Source: Octopus sinensis (Eukaryota). From it: a stretch of DNA of 64,000 nt. Shown in pieces: positions 53,119 to 64,000 of this stretch. The notes under the pieces were generated by a model. That model had not been told where the DNA came from, ran no database searches, and worked only from the letters and a program-made list of their open reading frames with translations. The translations under genes were made by a program, and so were the position numbers. The DNA lies in the NCBI RefSeq assembly GCF_006345805.1, contig NC_042998.1, positions 200,012,001-200,076,000 on the forward strand, read 5' to 3'. How positions within the stretch are numbered: the first letter of the stretch is position 1; each line of letters opens with the position of its first letter.

Positions 53119-54912
53119 TTGCAACACCCTAGTAGGATGCCTCCTTGGCTAGTTAATGGGTTAACATTCCTGCTTCCAAAAAGTGAAGAAACAAATGAAC
53201 CAAAAAACTATAGACCCATAACCTGCTTAACAACTATGTACAAAACACTAACATCTGTCCTGACGGAATATACCTATAGTTTTTTAACAGACAGCAGCAT
53301 ATTCCCTAATGAACAGAAAGGATGTAAACGTGGATCCTACGGCTGTAAAGACCAACTACTCATCAATAAGATGATCTTAGAAGATTGTCACAAACGACAC
53401 AAAAACTTATCAATAGCCTGGATAGACTATAAAAAGGCTTTTGATAGCCTACCACATAGCTGGATTAGGAAATGCCTTGAAATGTATAAGATAGCACCAA
53501 CTCTGCGAAACTTCTTGACTGTAAGTATGAGATCATGGAGAACCACACTAACTCTGAACAGTGACAGTGAATCCCTAAATGCTGGTGATGTAAAAATTTC
53601 GTGTGGCATTTTCCAGGGTGACTCACTGTCACCACTCCTCTTTTGTTTATCCTTAATACCTCTCTCAAAGCTGCTCAATGACGCGCAGTACGGGTATAAA
53701 ATGTTTGATAAAAATATAAATCATCTCGTTTACATGGATGATTTAAAGCTTTTTGCAAAAAATGATCAACAACTCAAGGGCTTACTAGCGATAGTCAAAC
53801 AATTCAGTGACGACATCAGAATGCAATTCGGCCTCGATAAATGTGCAAAGGCTACCTTTATCAAAGGAAAAATGACAGAAACATCTAACGTTAACCTTGA
53901 CCAACAGAATGTCATAAAAGAACTAGACCCAGCGGAGAGCTACAAGTACCTAGGGGTAATTGAAGGGAACGGAATAAGGCATTCAGAGATGAAGGAAAGG
54001 ATCAGGAGAGAATGCTATCGAAGAGTGAGAGCAATACTCAAGACAGAGCTGAATGCAAGAAACAGGATCGAAGCAATCAATGCATTAGCTATACCAGTCG
54101 TGACTTACAGTTTCAATATTGTTAACTGGTCAATTACTGAAATATGTCAGCTCGACAGAAAAATAAGGAAACTGTTGACAATGCATAGAATGCACCACCC
54201 TAAGGCAGATACAGAACGACTCTATCTGCCAAGAAAAGAGGGAGGCCGTGGTCTTTTGCAACTGGCAATAACAATGAAGATTGCTACAATTGGCCTAGAC
54301 ACCTACCTGAAAAACTCTGAGGACTGGATGTTAAAACTTGTCTCAAAACATGAAAACAAGAAAGCATCATACTCAGTCACAAAACAGGCAAAGGAATATC
54401 TAAGTGAATTCCGAATACAACCAATTTCGGAATTAGAGATAGACATACAAGAAACAAGCACAGAAAAAGCTAGGCGCATGAAAACCCGTGCCAAAACTGC
54501 GGCCTTAGATATTCTGAATAATAAATGGCAAGAAAAACCTCTCTATGGCAAATACCCAAAGAGAGCGAATAATGCAGATATCGACAAAGCCCTGACCCAT
54601 CAATGGCTAATGGCCTCTGGCTTAAAATCTGAAACAGAGGGGTTTATCATAGCAGCTCAAGATCAATGCCTACCAACAAGAAACTACCAGGCCAACATAT
54701 TAAAGATCAGAAGCAGTCCAACGTGTCGTGTATGCAAGCAACAAAATGAAACCATTGACCATGTGGTCTCCAAGTGCAGTCTTCTAGCGCCTACAGAGTA
54801 TCTCAACAGGCACGATAGAGCTGCACAATATATTCACTGGGTAATCTGTAAAAACCTGGATTTGCCCCATGAAAAAAACTGGTGGGAACACAAACCACCC
54901 CAGTGTGCTTGA
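53119..54912 (+). CDS. Reverse transcriptase domain and zinc knuckle of the R4/Dong-like element
   Basis: NYRPITCL, WIDYKKAFDS, GIFQGDSLSPLLF, YMDDLKL, YKYLG, CRVC..ETIDHVVSKC, RHD. Confidence 0.95.
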   Translation: MQHPSRMPPWLVNGLTFLLPKSEETNEPKNYRPITCLTTMYKTLTSVLTEYTYSFLTDSSIFPNEQKGCKRGSYGCKDQLLINKMILEDCHKRHKNLSIAWIDYKKAFDSLPHSWIRKCLEMYKIAPTLRNFLTVSMRSWRTTLTLNSDSESLNAGDVKISCGIFQGDSLSPLLFCLSLIPLSKLLNDAQYGYKMFDKNINHLVYMDDLKLFAKNDQQLKGLLAIVKQFSDDIRMQFGLDKCAKATFIKGKMTETSNVNLDQQNVIKELDPAESYKYLGVIEGNGIRHSEMKERIRRECYRRVRAILKTELNARNRIEAINALAIPVVTYSFNIVNWSITEICQLDRKIRKLLTMHRMHHPKADTERLYLPRKEGGRGLLQLAITMKIATIGLDTYLKNSEDWMLKLVSKHENKKASYSVTKQAKEYLSEFRIQPISELEIDIQETSTEKARRMKTRAKTAALDILNNKWQEKPLYGKYPKRANNADIDKALTHQWLMASGLKSETEGFIIAAQDQCLPTRNYQANILKIRSSPTCRVCKQQNETIDHVVSKCSLLAPTEYLNRHDRAAQYIHWVICKNLDLPHEKNWWEHKPPQCA

Positions 54913-55290
54913 AAATGACCACATCTCACTCCTCTGGAACTTCACCATTCAAACTGACAGGAAGATAGATGCAAATAGGCCAGACATCATATTGAAAGAC
55001 TTCAAACAAAGAACATGCCTCCTCATTGATATGACTGTCCCAATCGATATAAACGTATCTGACAGGACCTACCAAAAACTGAGCAAATATAAAGATCTTG
55101 AAATAGAAATCAGCAAAATGTGGAAGCTGAAGACTAAAACAATACCTGTTGTCATAGGTGCCCTGGAATGATAGCAAAAGGGGCTGATAGCTACCTAACT
55201 CAGATACCAGGAAACCCAAAAATGGCAGAAGTTCAAAAGATAGTGCTCATGGGAACTGCTCATATCCTACGCAAAATACTCTCTATGTAA
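54869..55290 (+). pseudogene. Restriction-like endonuclease domain (frameshifted continuation)
   Basis: NRPDIIL..LLIDMTVP..KLSKYKDL..PVVIGALG..QKIVLMGTAHILRKILSM*. Confidence 0.9.
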
Positions 55291-55505
55291 CCTCAAGGTT
55301 TAAAACAACCATAATTTTCGGTTTAAAAAAAAAAAAAAACTTTTTTTTTTTTTAGACATTCATTAGTACAACACATCCCCACCCCCCAAATATATGGCAC
55401 ACTAGGCATAACAACAACATGAACTTCCAACCCTGTTGTCTCTTGAGGTCTCTGGGTGAGACTTGGAGCCAACTTGTACAAATATAAAGCAAAAGTCAAA
55501 CATAG

Positions 55506-55548
<43 letters not shown>

Positions 55549-55570
55549 TGATGATAATAATAATAATAAT

Positions 55571-56415
55571 GCTAAGAAGGATTATATTCACAGATACGAC
55601 AGAGTCGGGACATATATAGACTGGAAGCTCTGCCAACAATATTGAATAACAACAGAAAGGTCACAGAGAATGGGATATGCCAATACATACAGATCGAGAA
55701 ATCAAGGCTAATAGGCCGGATATAGTTGTCAAAGTTCACAAAGAAAAAAGTGCTTTTTAATCAATACCAACAGATGTCAACGCTTCTCTAAAAGAAACGG
55801 AGAAAAGTTCCAAAATACAAAGATCTGGAAATATAGGTAACTCGAATATGGAGCCTAAAAAGAGAAATAATTGCTATTATAGTAGCCCCTTGGTTCCATA
55901 AGTGGGCGGTACGGCCCCCTGAGGGCGGTGGAAAGGTCTAGTGTGGATGGGGCGTTGAAAGAAAATGGGTCAGTAACGGGATGACCAACGCAGTGTAATG
56001 GATTTCAAAACAACAAAATAACGGGTTAGGTTTAGTTTTATATGTGGAATACTGTTGTTTTGAATTTGCTACAGAAAATAGTCTATGCCTGTGATGGTGA
56101 ATGGAGGCGTTTACTAGGAATGTGGTACCACAAACCAGCGGGCGACAGCCTGAAAATGTTTTGAAACCACAGTGGTTCGCGCATTAGATGTGGTATAAAA
56201 AACACATTTAAGCAATTACATAACGAAACCACCAGGACTAACAAGTATTTATAACATGCAGAAAATAGAACTACTAGGCACCGCACACATCCTACGTAAA
56301 ATACTTTCAGCACAGGGAAAATAAGAGCTCCACAGCAAAGCACAGCACATACCCAAGGCACAAAGAGCTGCGCTCGGTAGTACAGTGAAAGCACGTGATA
56401 AAATATGACAACTGA
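55571..56415 (+). pseudogene. Older R4/Dong-like 3' fragment interrupted by a MITE
   Basis: KKDYIHRYDRVGTYIDWKLC..WDMPIHTDREIKANRPDIVV..KYKDLEI, resuming after 56172 with LLGTAHPT/ILRKILS-like residues. (AAT)n at both ends. Confidence 0.8.
55888..56172. mobile_element. hAT (Charlie-like) MITE, degenerate
   Basis: Ends ccttggttcc / gaaaccacag resemble CAGTGGTTCCC TIRs, with GC-rich gggcggt subterminal motifs. Splits the IIVGALG coding motif. Confidence 0.55.
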
Positions 56416-57124
56416 ATAATAATAATAATAACTCGTAGAAAATAAAAACATATTACTTATCCATGAAACACAGTTTCTAATCTCTTTTTTAAATATTATT
56501 CTCCTCATCAGAAATTTGTTAGGTCGTCAACAATAACGATATATTAATCAGAAATAATATTCAAAAATATATTTGGGAAATAAAACAATTCAAACCATAT
56601 CTTCGCTCTGGTATTAGATATATTAATAGTTTTATCTTAATGACTAGAGGCATTTATGTTGTTTTATAGACATAGCGTATTTATATGAGTCAATGATAAA
56701 TCACAAAACAACTGTTAAATTCCAACAATAAAATCTGTATGAAAATACTATAAAATTATTTAAAATATTCTCGATATATTTTGATATTTAAAATTGTAAT
56801 AATGAAAGCTCACAAAATACCGCCTGTGTGTGCATCTGTTCTTGAGATGCTTAAGGTAGAAAGCTTTGCGCTGTGAAATAATAAACGAAAAATATTATTT
56901 GTACACAACAACTAAAAATCATTTTATTACAGATTTTACGAGCGAGTAATATAACTTGATTCATTAGTATGAAATAGGAAAATGAAATAGGAAGATCAAG
57001 TTCTCTCGTCGTCAGATATTTATCCAATGCATTTTCCATTTTTGTCCGTAAATTGATAGGTGTGTATTTTTTTTATTAGCTACAAACTCTAACATAGCAA
57101 ATGATCAAATTGAAATATATATAT

Positions 57125-57290
57125 AGGCGCAGGAGTGGCTGTGTGGTAAGTAGCTTGTCTACCAACCACATGGTTCCGGGTTCAGTCCCACTGCGTGGCA
57201 TCTTGGGTCTTCTGCTATAGTCCCGGGCCGACCAATGCCTTGAGATTGGATTTGGTAGACGGAAACTGAAAGAAGCCCGTCGTATATATG

Positions 57291-57325
<35 letters not shown>

Positions 57326-57510
57326 TTGTCCCCTAGGATTGCATGACAACCGATGCTGGTGTGTTTATGTCCCCGTTACTTAGCGGTTCGGCAAAAGAGA
57401 CCGATACAAAAAAATAAGCCCCGGGGTCCAGTTGCTCGATTAAAGGAGGTGCTCCAGCATGGCCGCATTCAACTGACTGAAACAAGTAAAAGAGTAAAAG
57501 AGTAAAAGAG
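57125..57510 (+). mobile_element. SINE family A, full length
   Basis: As 7911-8345. Confidence 0.9.
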
Positions 57511-58172
57511 ATATATTCTGGCAAAGACTTCGTGTATATTTCCTCGTACCATGGAATATCAATGGGTATTATATATTTAAATTTACAGCATGCCTCATGC
57601 ATAATATGCTGTAAATTTTACAAATTATGATTAATAATTATACACACACGCGCACACACGCACACAACAAGAGAGAGAGAGAGAGAAAGAGAGAGAGAGT
57701 GAAAATAGCTTATTATATTATAAATATTAATAAAAAAATGAAAAAAATGAACATGATTAAACATAGATACGTAAAGAAACAGAGAGAGACACACAAATGT
57801 TGTTTAAATATGGAAATAAAAATTGTTTGGTGTTGGATATTCATCGTGCACAGTGTTCCGAGTCAATTTAATAAACGTCGCAGGTGGACACTCGAAATAA
57901 ATAAATAGACAAAATTCTTTCACTATTATAAAAAAGTTAAAAAGTATTGGAGACCTTAGATATAAAAAACAATGTGCGATTACGTCTATTTATGTGGGAG
58001 CTCTGGCTTACAGTGCATGAGCATCATTAGGAAATACATAATGTAAGTGTAAAGTTTGGTAAAAATTGGTTCAGAAAGAATTGCGGAAATGAATAGACAT
58101 TATACCGGCATATCACAACTTATTTATACTATATATAATATATATACTATATATATAAACATATATATATAT

Positions 58173-58380
58173 ATGACCTCGTGAGTACTGCTGGCGATTT
58201 GTTTCCTCTGTCTTCCCTTCTCGGGATCTTTCCTTCTCCTATGTTTCCGACGAAGAGCTTCGCTCGAAACGTTAAACCCTTCTTCTTCCCTTCTTTCCTG
58301 CGCGTCCAATAATACTTTATTTGTTCCACGTCCTCGCGTTGTTGTGTTTTTTTTGTGTTTTCTTGTTTGGATTAACTTCA
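58173..58380 (+). mobile_element. Short hammerhead-bearing element (motif 58243-58277)
   Basis: GUUU-CCGACGA-A-GAGC(UUC)GCUC-GAAAC-GUU|AAAC. Copy of 7572-7788, between (TA)n tracts. Confidence 0.75.
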
Positions 58381-58996
58381 TATATATATATATATGTGTG
58401 TGTGTCTGTGTGTGTATGTGTGTGTGTTTGTGTGTGTTGTATTTATGAGTGTGCACATGTGTGCACGTGGGTGTACACTAAATTTAACACAAAACACTGG
58501 TCGCTTCGAAGATATAACATACTTATCAGTGTAAGTACAAATATTTTGCATTGCTGGAAGGTCACACTAGATCACAGAACTTCTTGGCCACCCAGCAATA
58601 TCTGCACCATATTCCACCTATATATACATAAGGAACTGATAAACTAACTGTAGTTTGCCAGTAGCCTTTATTGTGTCACTAAGTTACTAAATGACGAAAG
58701 CAACTGTTCGTAATAATTTGCAATTACTTATGTCCTGTCTGGTGAAAGACAGGAAAAAAAAGAAGAAAATTGAGGTAATTAATATTGACTACGATTAATT
58801 TGAAGAAAATATAACATTTGAGGCTTAAAGGTAAAACTGATCTTTAAACGAAGCAAGTGATAGCTAAGGTTGTACATCACATCAGGTTTATTGTTCTGTG
58901 CCTGTCTAGTCCCTCATTTCCTGTAAGTCACAGTAGCAAACCACGTATAGAATGTATGTATGTATGTATGTATGTATGTATGTGTATACATATATG

Positions 58997-59028
<32 letters not shown>

Positions 59029-59047
59029 ATATATATTTAATATACCT

Positions 59048-59438
59048 AGGCTCAAGAGTGGCTATGTGGTAAGTAGCTTGCTAACTAACCACATGGTTCC
59101 GGGTTCAGTCCCACTGCGTGGCTTCTTGGGCAAGTGTCTTCTGCTATAGTCTCGGGCCGACCAATGCCTTGTGAGTGGATTTGGTAGACGGAAACTGAAA
59201 GAAGCCTGTCGTATATATGTATGTATATATGTATGTGTGTGTGTTTGTCCCCCTAACATTGCTTGACAACCGATGCTGGTGTGTTTACGTCCCCGTCACT
59301 TAGCGGTTCGGCAAAAGAGACCGATAGAATAAGTACTGGGCTTACAAAGAATAAGCCCCGGGGTTGAGTTGCTCGACTAAAGGCGGTGCTTCAGCATGGC
59401 CGCAGTCAACTGACTGAAACAAGTAAAAGAGTAAAGAG
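59048..59438 (+). mobile_element. SINE family A, full length
   Basis: As 7911-8345. Confidence 0.9.
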
Positions 59439-59465
59439 CAAAATATATATATATATATTTATCTT

Positions 59466-59505
<40 letters not shown>

Positions 59506-59744
59506 AAAACCACTGAACCATGACAGACTAGCCCAGAAACGAAAAAAGTCCTTTTAATTCCATATTGCTTTCTTAATTCCACGTTTCTCTTCCTCACCCC
59601 AACCAACCTCCCACACTGACCCTTAAAATAGCAAACAATCGTTAGCTACACTCAAAATAAAAAATTCTAGGAAGGCAGGTTGATTCGTCTCAAATTCATT
59701 GTACACTCTTAAATATATCTCCTTCTGTATATATATATATACTA

Positions 59745-60340
59745 CCAAACAATAGAAATTCTCTTCCACACCTAGAGACACGTGCGATCGGACTGAAAAC
59801 TCTCATAGAGTGAGAAAGTTCGGAAGTGAACACTATAAAAATTTACATCTAAAATTCTAACAATGGCCAGAATATTAAAAAAATACCTTTAAAGATTAAA
59901 TATATAAACCAATTATAAACGAGTCCGATCGCACGTGTCTCAAGGAGTGCTGGAGAAATTCTATTTTGGATATATCTGGGGTACTTCAGTGTTCTCATAA
60001 CTCAGTGTTTGCTTCTTCCATTGGTGTAAGTAAGTATTTCATTTATTTCTTACCGTATTTATCGCTGACGAGGAGAAAATTCTTATGAATTAACTCTGAA
60101 ATTGGGACCGATACGATAATAACGGAATCTTTTAGAAATTTCTGTCGGCTTCCTTCCAGACGCCTGCTTATAGAGATAAATTATATGGTTATAGACAATT
60201 TGTCTATTTTCTGCATATTTGCCATTATAATTTTTTTTTCTTTTGCCTTTGTTTATAAGGAGTTTATAAATTTAACCTTTAAAGGTAATTTTTAATATGC
60301 TGGCCATTGATAGAAATTCTTTCGAAAAAATTTATCCTAT

Positions 60341-60345
<5 letters not shown>
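59745..60345 (+). mobile_element. Element between (TA)n with 5' inverted arms (59751-59794 / 59922-59966) and a degenerate hammerhead (60060-60113)
   Basis: gagacacgtgcgatcggact is inverted. UAUCG-CUGACGA-GGAG..CUCU-GAAA..|CGAUA. The 3' part is homologous to 40905-41145. Confidence 0.65.
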
Positions 60346-60425
<80 letters not shown>

Positions 60426-61249
60426 GGGTGGTTTGAGTGCTATATATATATACATATCACTTTTTGATTATATGTAAGATTATATATACTTACAAACGCA
60501 TTCACACACACAGGCACATATACGAACACACGCACACACACATATATTTAGGTATACAATCCTGTCTTTTATAAATATGTTGTTCTCAGTTTGCAGGCCC
60601 ACTTGTTTGTATGTTTGTATTTGATCTTAACAATATGAATGTGAATATATATATATAGTTTTAAAATAAATTAACTCCGATAACTATTATACAATGAAAA
60701 TACGTTATCTTCAACGCTTAATTTTCTTCAATTACCTTGCCGAGTTAACATCTTGGCTATTATCGTACATATTTCACTGAAGGCGTTTGTTTCTACTTGA
60801 AGTATTTTCTTTACTGATTAGTATTACAAGGTAGTCAATACGCCTTAAGGGTAGATTTCTGATTATGAAGGAATAATTGTTTCACATAATCGACCGACTA
60901 CGTGCGAGTTAAGGATCATCTAGATCGGAATCCGACTCGTTATGCATACATATAAACAATATTACGGGAGAGAAATGCGGAGAGATTGTAGAAGAGAGTG
61001 AGAGGATGGTAAAAAGAGAGAGTGAGAGAGAAAAAGGATGAGTGAGGGACAGTGACAAATAGTCAGAATGAATATTACTCTCCCCACCTCCCGAAATTTT
61101 TCCTTACACACATGAAAATCCATGCAAGCATACCTCCCTGAATCCAGCTTCGGAGGTGGAGGGACAGCTAAGCAAATGTGCGCAGAAATAGGACGGGCTT
61201 AGATTTTAATGATGAGATCACTGTTTGTGTGTTTGTGTATGTGGTTTTT

Positions 61250-61627
61250 ATTTACATCGGCTGAACCAATCTCTCAGTTTATTCAGCATAAGAAGATGAA
61301 AGGTAAAGTCGACGCTGACATGGCAGAAACGTTAGCACACCGGGCGCGAAATGCTTAGCAGTATTTCGTTAGCCGCTACGTTCTGAGTTCAAATTCCGCC
61401 GAGGTCGACTTTGCCTTTCATCCTTTCGGGGTCGATTAAATAAGTACCAGTTACGCACTGGGGTTGATATAATCGACTTAAACCGTTTGTCTGCCCTTGT
61501 TCGTCCCCTCTGTGTTTAGCCCCTTGTGGGTAGTAAAGAAATAGGAATTTGGAGAGAACATAATGTCAGAAGAAATTACCTTAAATTTTTTTCCGGTGCA
61601 GTAACAATTTTAACAGCTTGGCATCTT
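61250..61627. mobile_element. Young SINE B (+, 61321-61543) nested in an old SINE B (-)
   Basis: The old copy reads ..gatgaaaggtaaagtcgac | ggaatttg..cttaataat across the insert. Confidence 0.75.
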
Positions 61628-61674
61628 AATAATAATAATAATCCCCTCTACTAAAAGCACAAAGCCTGGAATTG

Positions 61675-62040
61675 TGGGGGAGGGAACTAGTCGATTACAT
61701 AGACTCCAATGTTTCACAGGTACTTAATTTATCGAAAACGAAAAGATGTAAGGCAAAGTCGATCTTGGTGGAATTTGAACTCAGAACGTAAAGAGATGAA
61801 ATGTTGTTAACCATTTCGCCCGGCGTGCTAATGATTCTGCCAGCTCACTGTATTTTTAATTATGATAATGATGGTTTCAAACTTTGCCACAAGGGTCGCT
61901 ATTTTTTTTTGGGGGGGGGGATACGTCGATTAGGCTCATACCAGTGTTCAAATGGTACTGTATTTATCGAACACGAAAGGATGAAAGGCAATGTCGACCT
62001 CGGCGGAATTTGAAATCAGAACGTAGCGACGGGCGAAATA
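61675..62040 (-). mobile_element. Two further SINE family B copies
   Basis: 61675-61850 and 61915-62040. Confidence 0.8.
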
Positions 62041-62099
62041 CAGACTACAAAGCTAATAGGAACGATAAGGGACAAATGAGGTGTTGATCAATGCTGTAT

Positions 62100-63080
62100 A
62101 TACAAACAGTAAAACAAAAACAATAAGCAAGGCAATTAAACAATAGAAATTTTCCGAAAGGGGAGTTCTTTACAGAGACAGCCGAGTAACCCCACGCATT
62201 CTGGTTATCCCGACCGCCAGATGCACCTCAGCAGGCGCATCTCTCCTCAAATCCCCCGTTTTATAGACGAATGTTCAGAGTTGGTTCATTCACCACACGC
62301 ACCGAAATTTCAAGAAATTTACTGGGGTTGGAAGGAAGTACTTGCCGTTCTACTCTCAATTTCCTTCTCAAGTGGAACTTGAAGAAGTCGATAAGGGCTT
62401 GGCATAAGACTAAAGTATCTGTCTTCATTCCTTTCAATCTCGTCCACCACATTACCACCTTCCCATAGCCACGTGACAGGGAAAAATTGTCTTTCCTTCC
62501 CGACCAAAGGAAGGTTACGTGGTGATCTTCACGATGGACCCATCTGATAACCCGATCCGTCCTACACGTGATAACAAACAGCTGTTCGACAGAGCTCCAG
62601 AAGTCAGTAATACATGGAAACTGGACGAGTAATTGCAGCATGGTTTCCTCGCCCTGCGCACACCCCGGACAGGTCCGTGTGACAACACTTCCGTGTCTGT
62701 AAAGCTTGTCTTGAACTGGCAGATTTCCCCCGGTAGCACTGCCAGGCAAAGGATTTCTCGAAGTTATCCATAGGCCCCGGCCAGAAAGTCCTCCCGAAAA
62801 GACCGGTTAATTGATCCCTCCTGGCGCTCAGAGTTTCTCCGAAGACATCATCGATCTTTCCCTCCACTAATCCCCGATAGAACTCCATAGTGGAACTTCC
62901 ACAGTCCACGTTGACCGAGTGGCAGAAAGCTGCGAGCGCTTGATGAAACTCCTAGTGCCAGTATCCCTTTCTTGCTGTACACTTGATCCCTGACTGTAGC
63001 TCCCTCAATGAGATGAGATGCGGAAAATATTGTGTGACAAACGGTGAACACGCTTGCTCAACTCCAAGAAAGCGCTGGAG
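62100..63080 (-). pseudogene. L1/Tx1-clade LINE 3' fragment (zf-RVT region + 3' UTR)
   Basis: SFAWQCYRG/NLPVQDKLYRHG..CPGCAQGEETM..KVVMWWTR matches Tx1-type ORF2 C-termini. Confidence 0.8.
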
Positions 63081-63110
63081 ATGATGATTATGATGATGAT
63101 GATGAAGATG

Positions 63111-63152
<42 letters not shown>

Positions 63153-63597
63153 TAAAGGGCGTACTGAGACAAAGATAAGCAAGTTCGCCGCCTGAAATAA
63201 AAAATACTAATGGTGATAATGATGATGATGGGGAAGAGAAGGAAGATGAGAAGGAGGAGGATGAGATGATGTGATGATGAGGATTCTTTCCAGTATATGA
63301 AAAAGGATTGAAATTTTGTGGATGGTGTGGGTCGATTACGACACCCCCCAATGTTCAGCTGGTACTTATTTCATTCGTAATAGTACTAATACTAGGAAGA
63401 AGATGTAGGAGGAGAAGAAGAACATCAAAAGAGGAGATAAAGAAAAACGGTGAAGGAAAAAATGCCAAGGAGAAAAGAGAAGAAAACCGGTAAAAAAATG
63501 AATTAAGGCGAACGACCTGCAATCAAAAATGAAATAGTGAATTAGTCGGAAGAGAAAAAAGAAGAAGAAGAGTTAGCGGCAGAAGAGAAACAACAGC

Positions 63598-63673
63598 AGG
63601 AAGAAGAAGAAGAAGAAGAAGAAGAAGAAGAAGAAGAAGAAGAAGAAGAAGAAGAAGAAGAAGAAGAAGAAGA
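63598..63673. repeat. (GAA)n microsatellite
   Basis: Directly visible. Confidence 0.95.
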
Positions 63674-64000
63674 TATAAGCTAATCAAAAGTAATGTGAGA
63701 AAGGAGAGTACAAAAGATAAATAGAAGACGTAGGAAAAAAGAGGATTAATAAAATACGGAAAATATATAACGTAGCCATAATTAGAAAGACAATGAAACA
63801 ACAAGAATACAAAATAAAACTGGTAATGCTAGCTTTAGGTATTGTCTGACATATTGACTACACCACACAGACACTCACGCACACATGGTTTTAACTGTAT
63901 CTGTTCGATGAGTCTGTAATAGACAGACATACAGAAACAAACACAGACAAACAGAAAAATAGGTACATAGGCGGTTAGGTAGACAGCTAGTAAAATATAG

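Larger units (their letters stand above)
51530..55507 (+). mobile_element. Near-full-length R4/Dong-like non-LTR retrotransposon (single ORF, RT + CCHC + restriction-like endonuclease)
   Basis: Continuous coding 51570-55290 split by frameshifts. 3' UTR ends directly in (AAT)n, the known Dong target type. The 5' boundary is uncertain and may be 50601. Confidence 0.92.

Overview
AT-rich, microsatellite-saturated eukaryotic DNA with no recognisable host protein-coding gene. The SINE families and repeat landscape look like an octopus (cephalopod) intergenic or intronic region; this is inference from recognition, not a search. Nearly all listed ORFs are microsatellite artefacts. The real content is transposable elements: a near-complete R4/Dong-like RT+RLE LINE (about 51.6-55.5 kb) plus three degenerate RLE-LINE fragments; CR1, RTE and Tx1/L1 3' fragments; Tc1, mariner and maT-type transposase relics; a hAT-like MITE; two complete non-autonomous Helitrons; and about 20 copies of four tRNA-derived SINE families. 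The most striking signal is a set of short non-coding elements, mostly embedded in (TA)n. They carry minimal type-I hammerhead-ribozyme-like motifs (about 11 motifs from about 8 unrelated families, including C4 and U3-A8 core variants) and repeatedly occur as fold-back insertions with an inverted duplicate arm. This resembles Penelope-like pLTR or retrozyme-type elements, but no Penelope RT or GIY-YIG coding sequence is visible here. All structures were read by eye. None was folded computationally or tested, and boundaries are approximate unless stated as exact.
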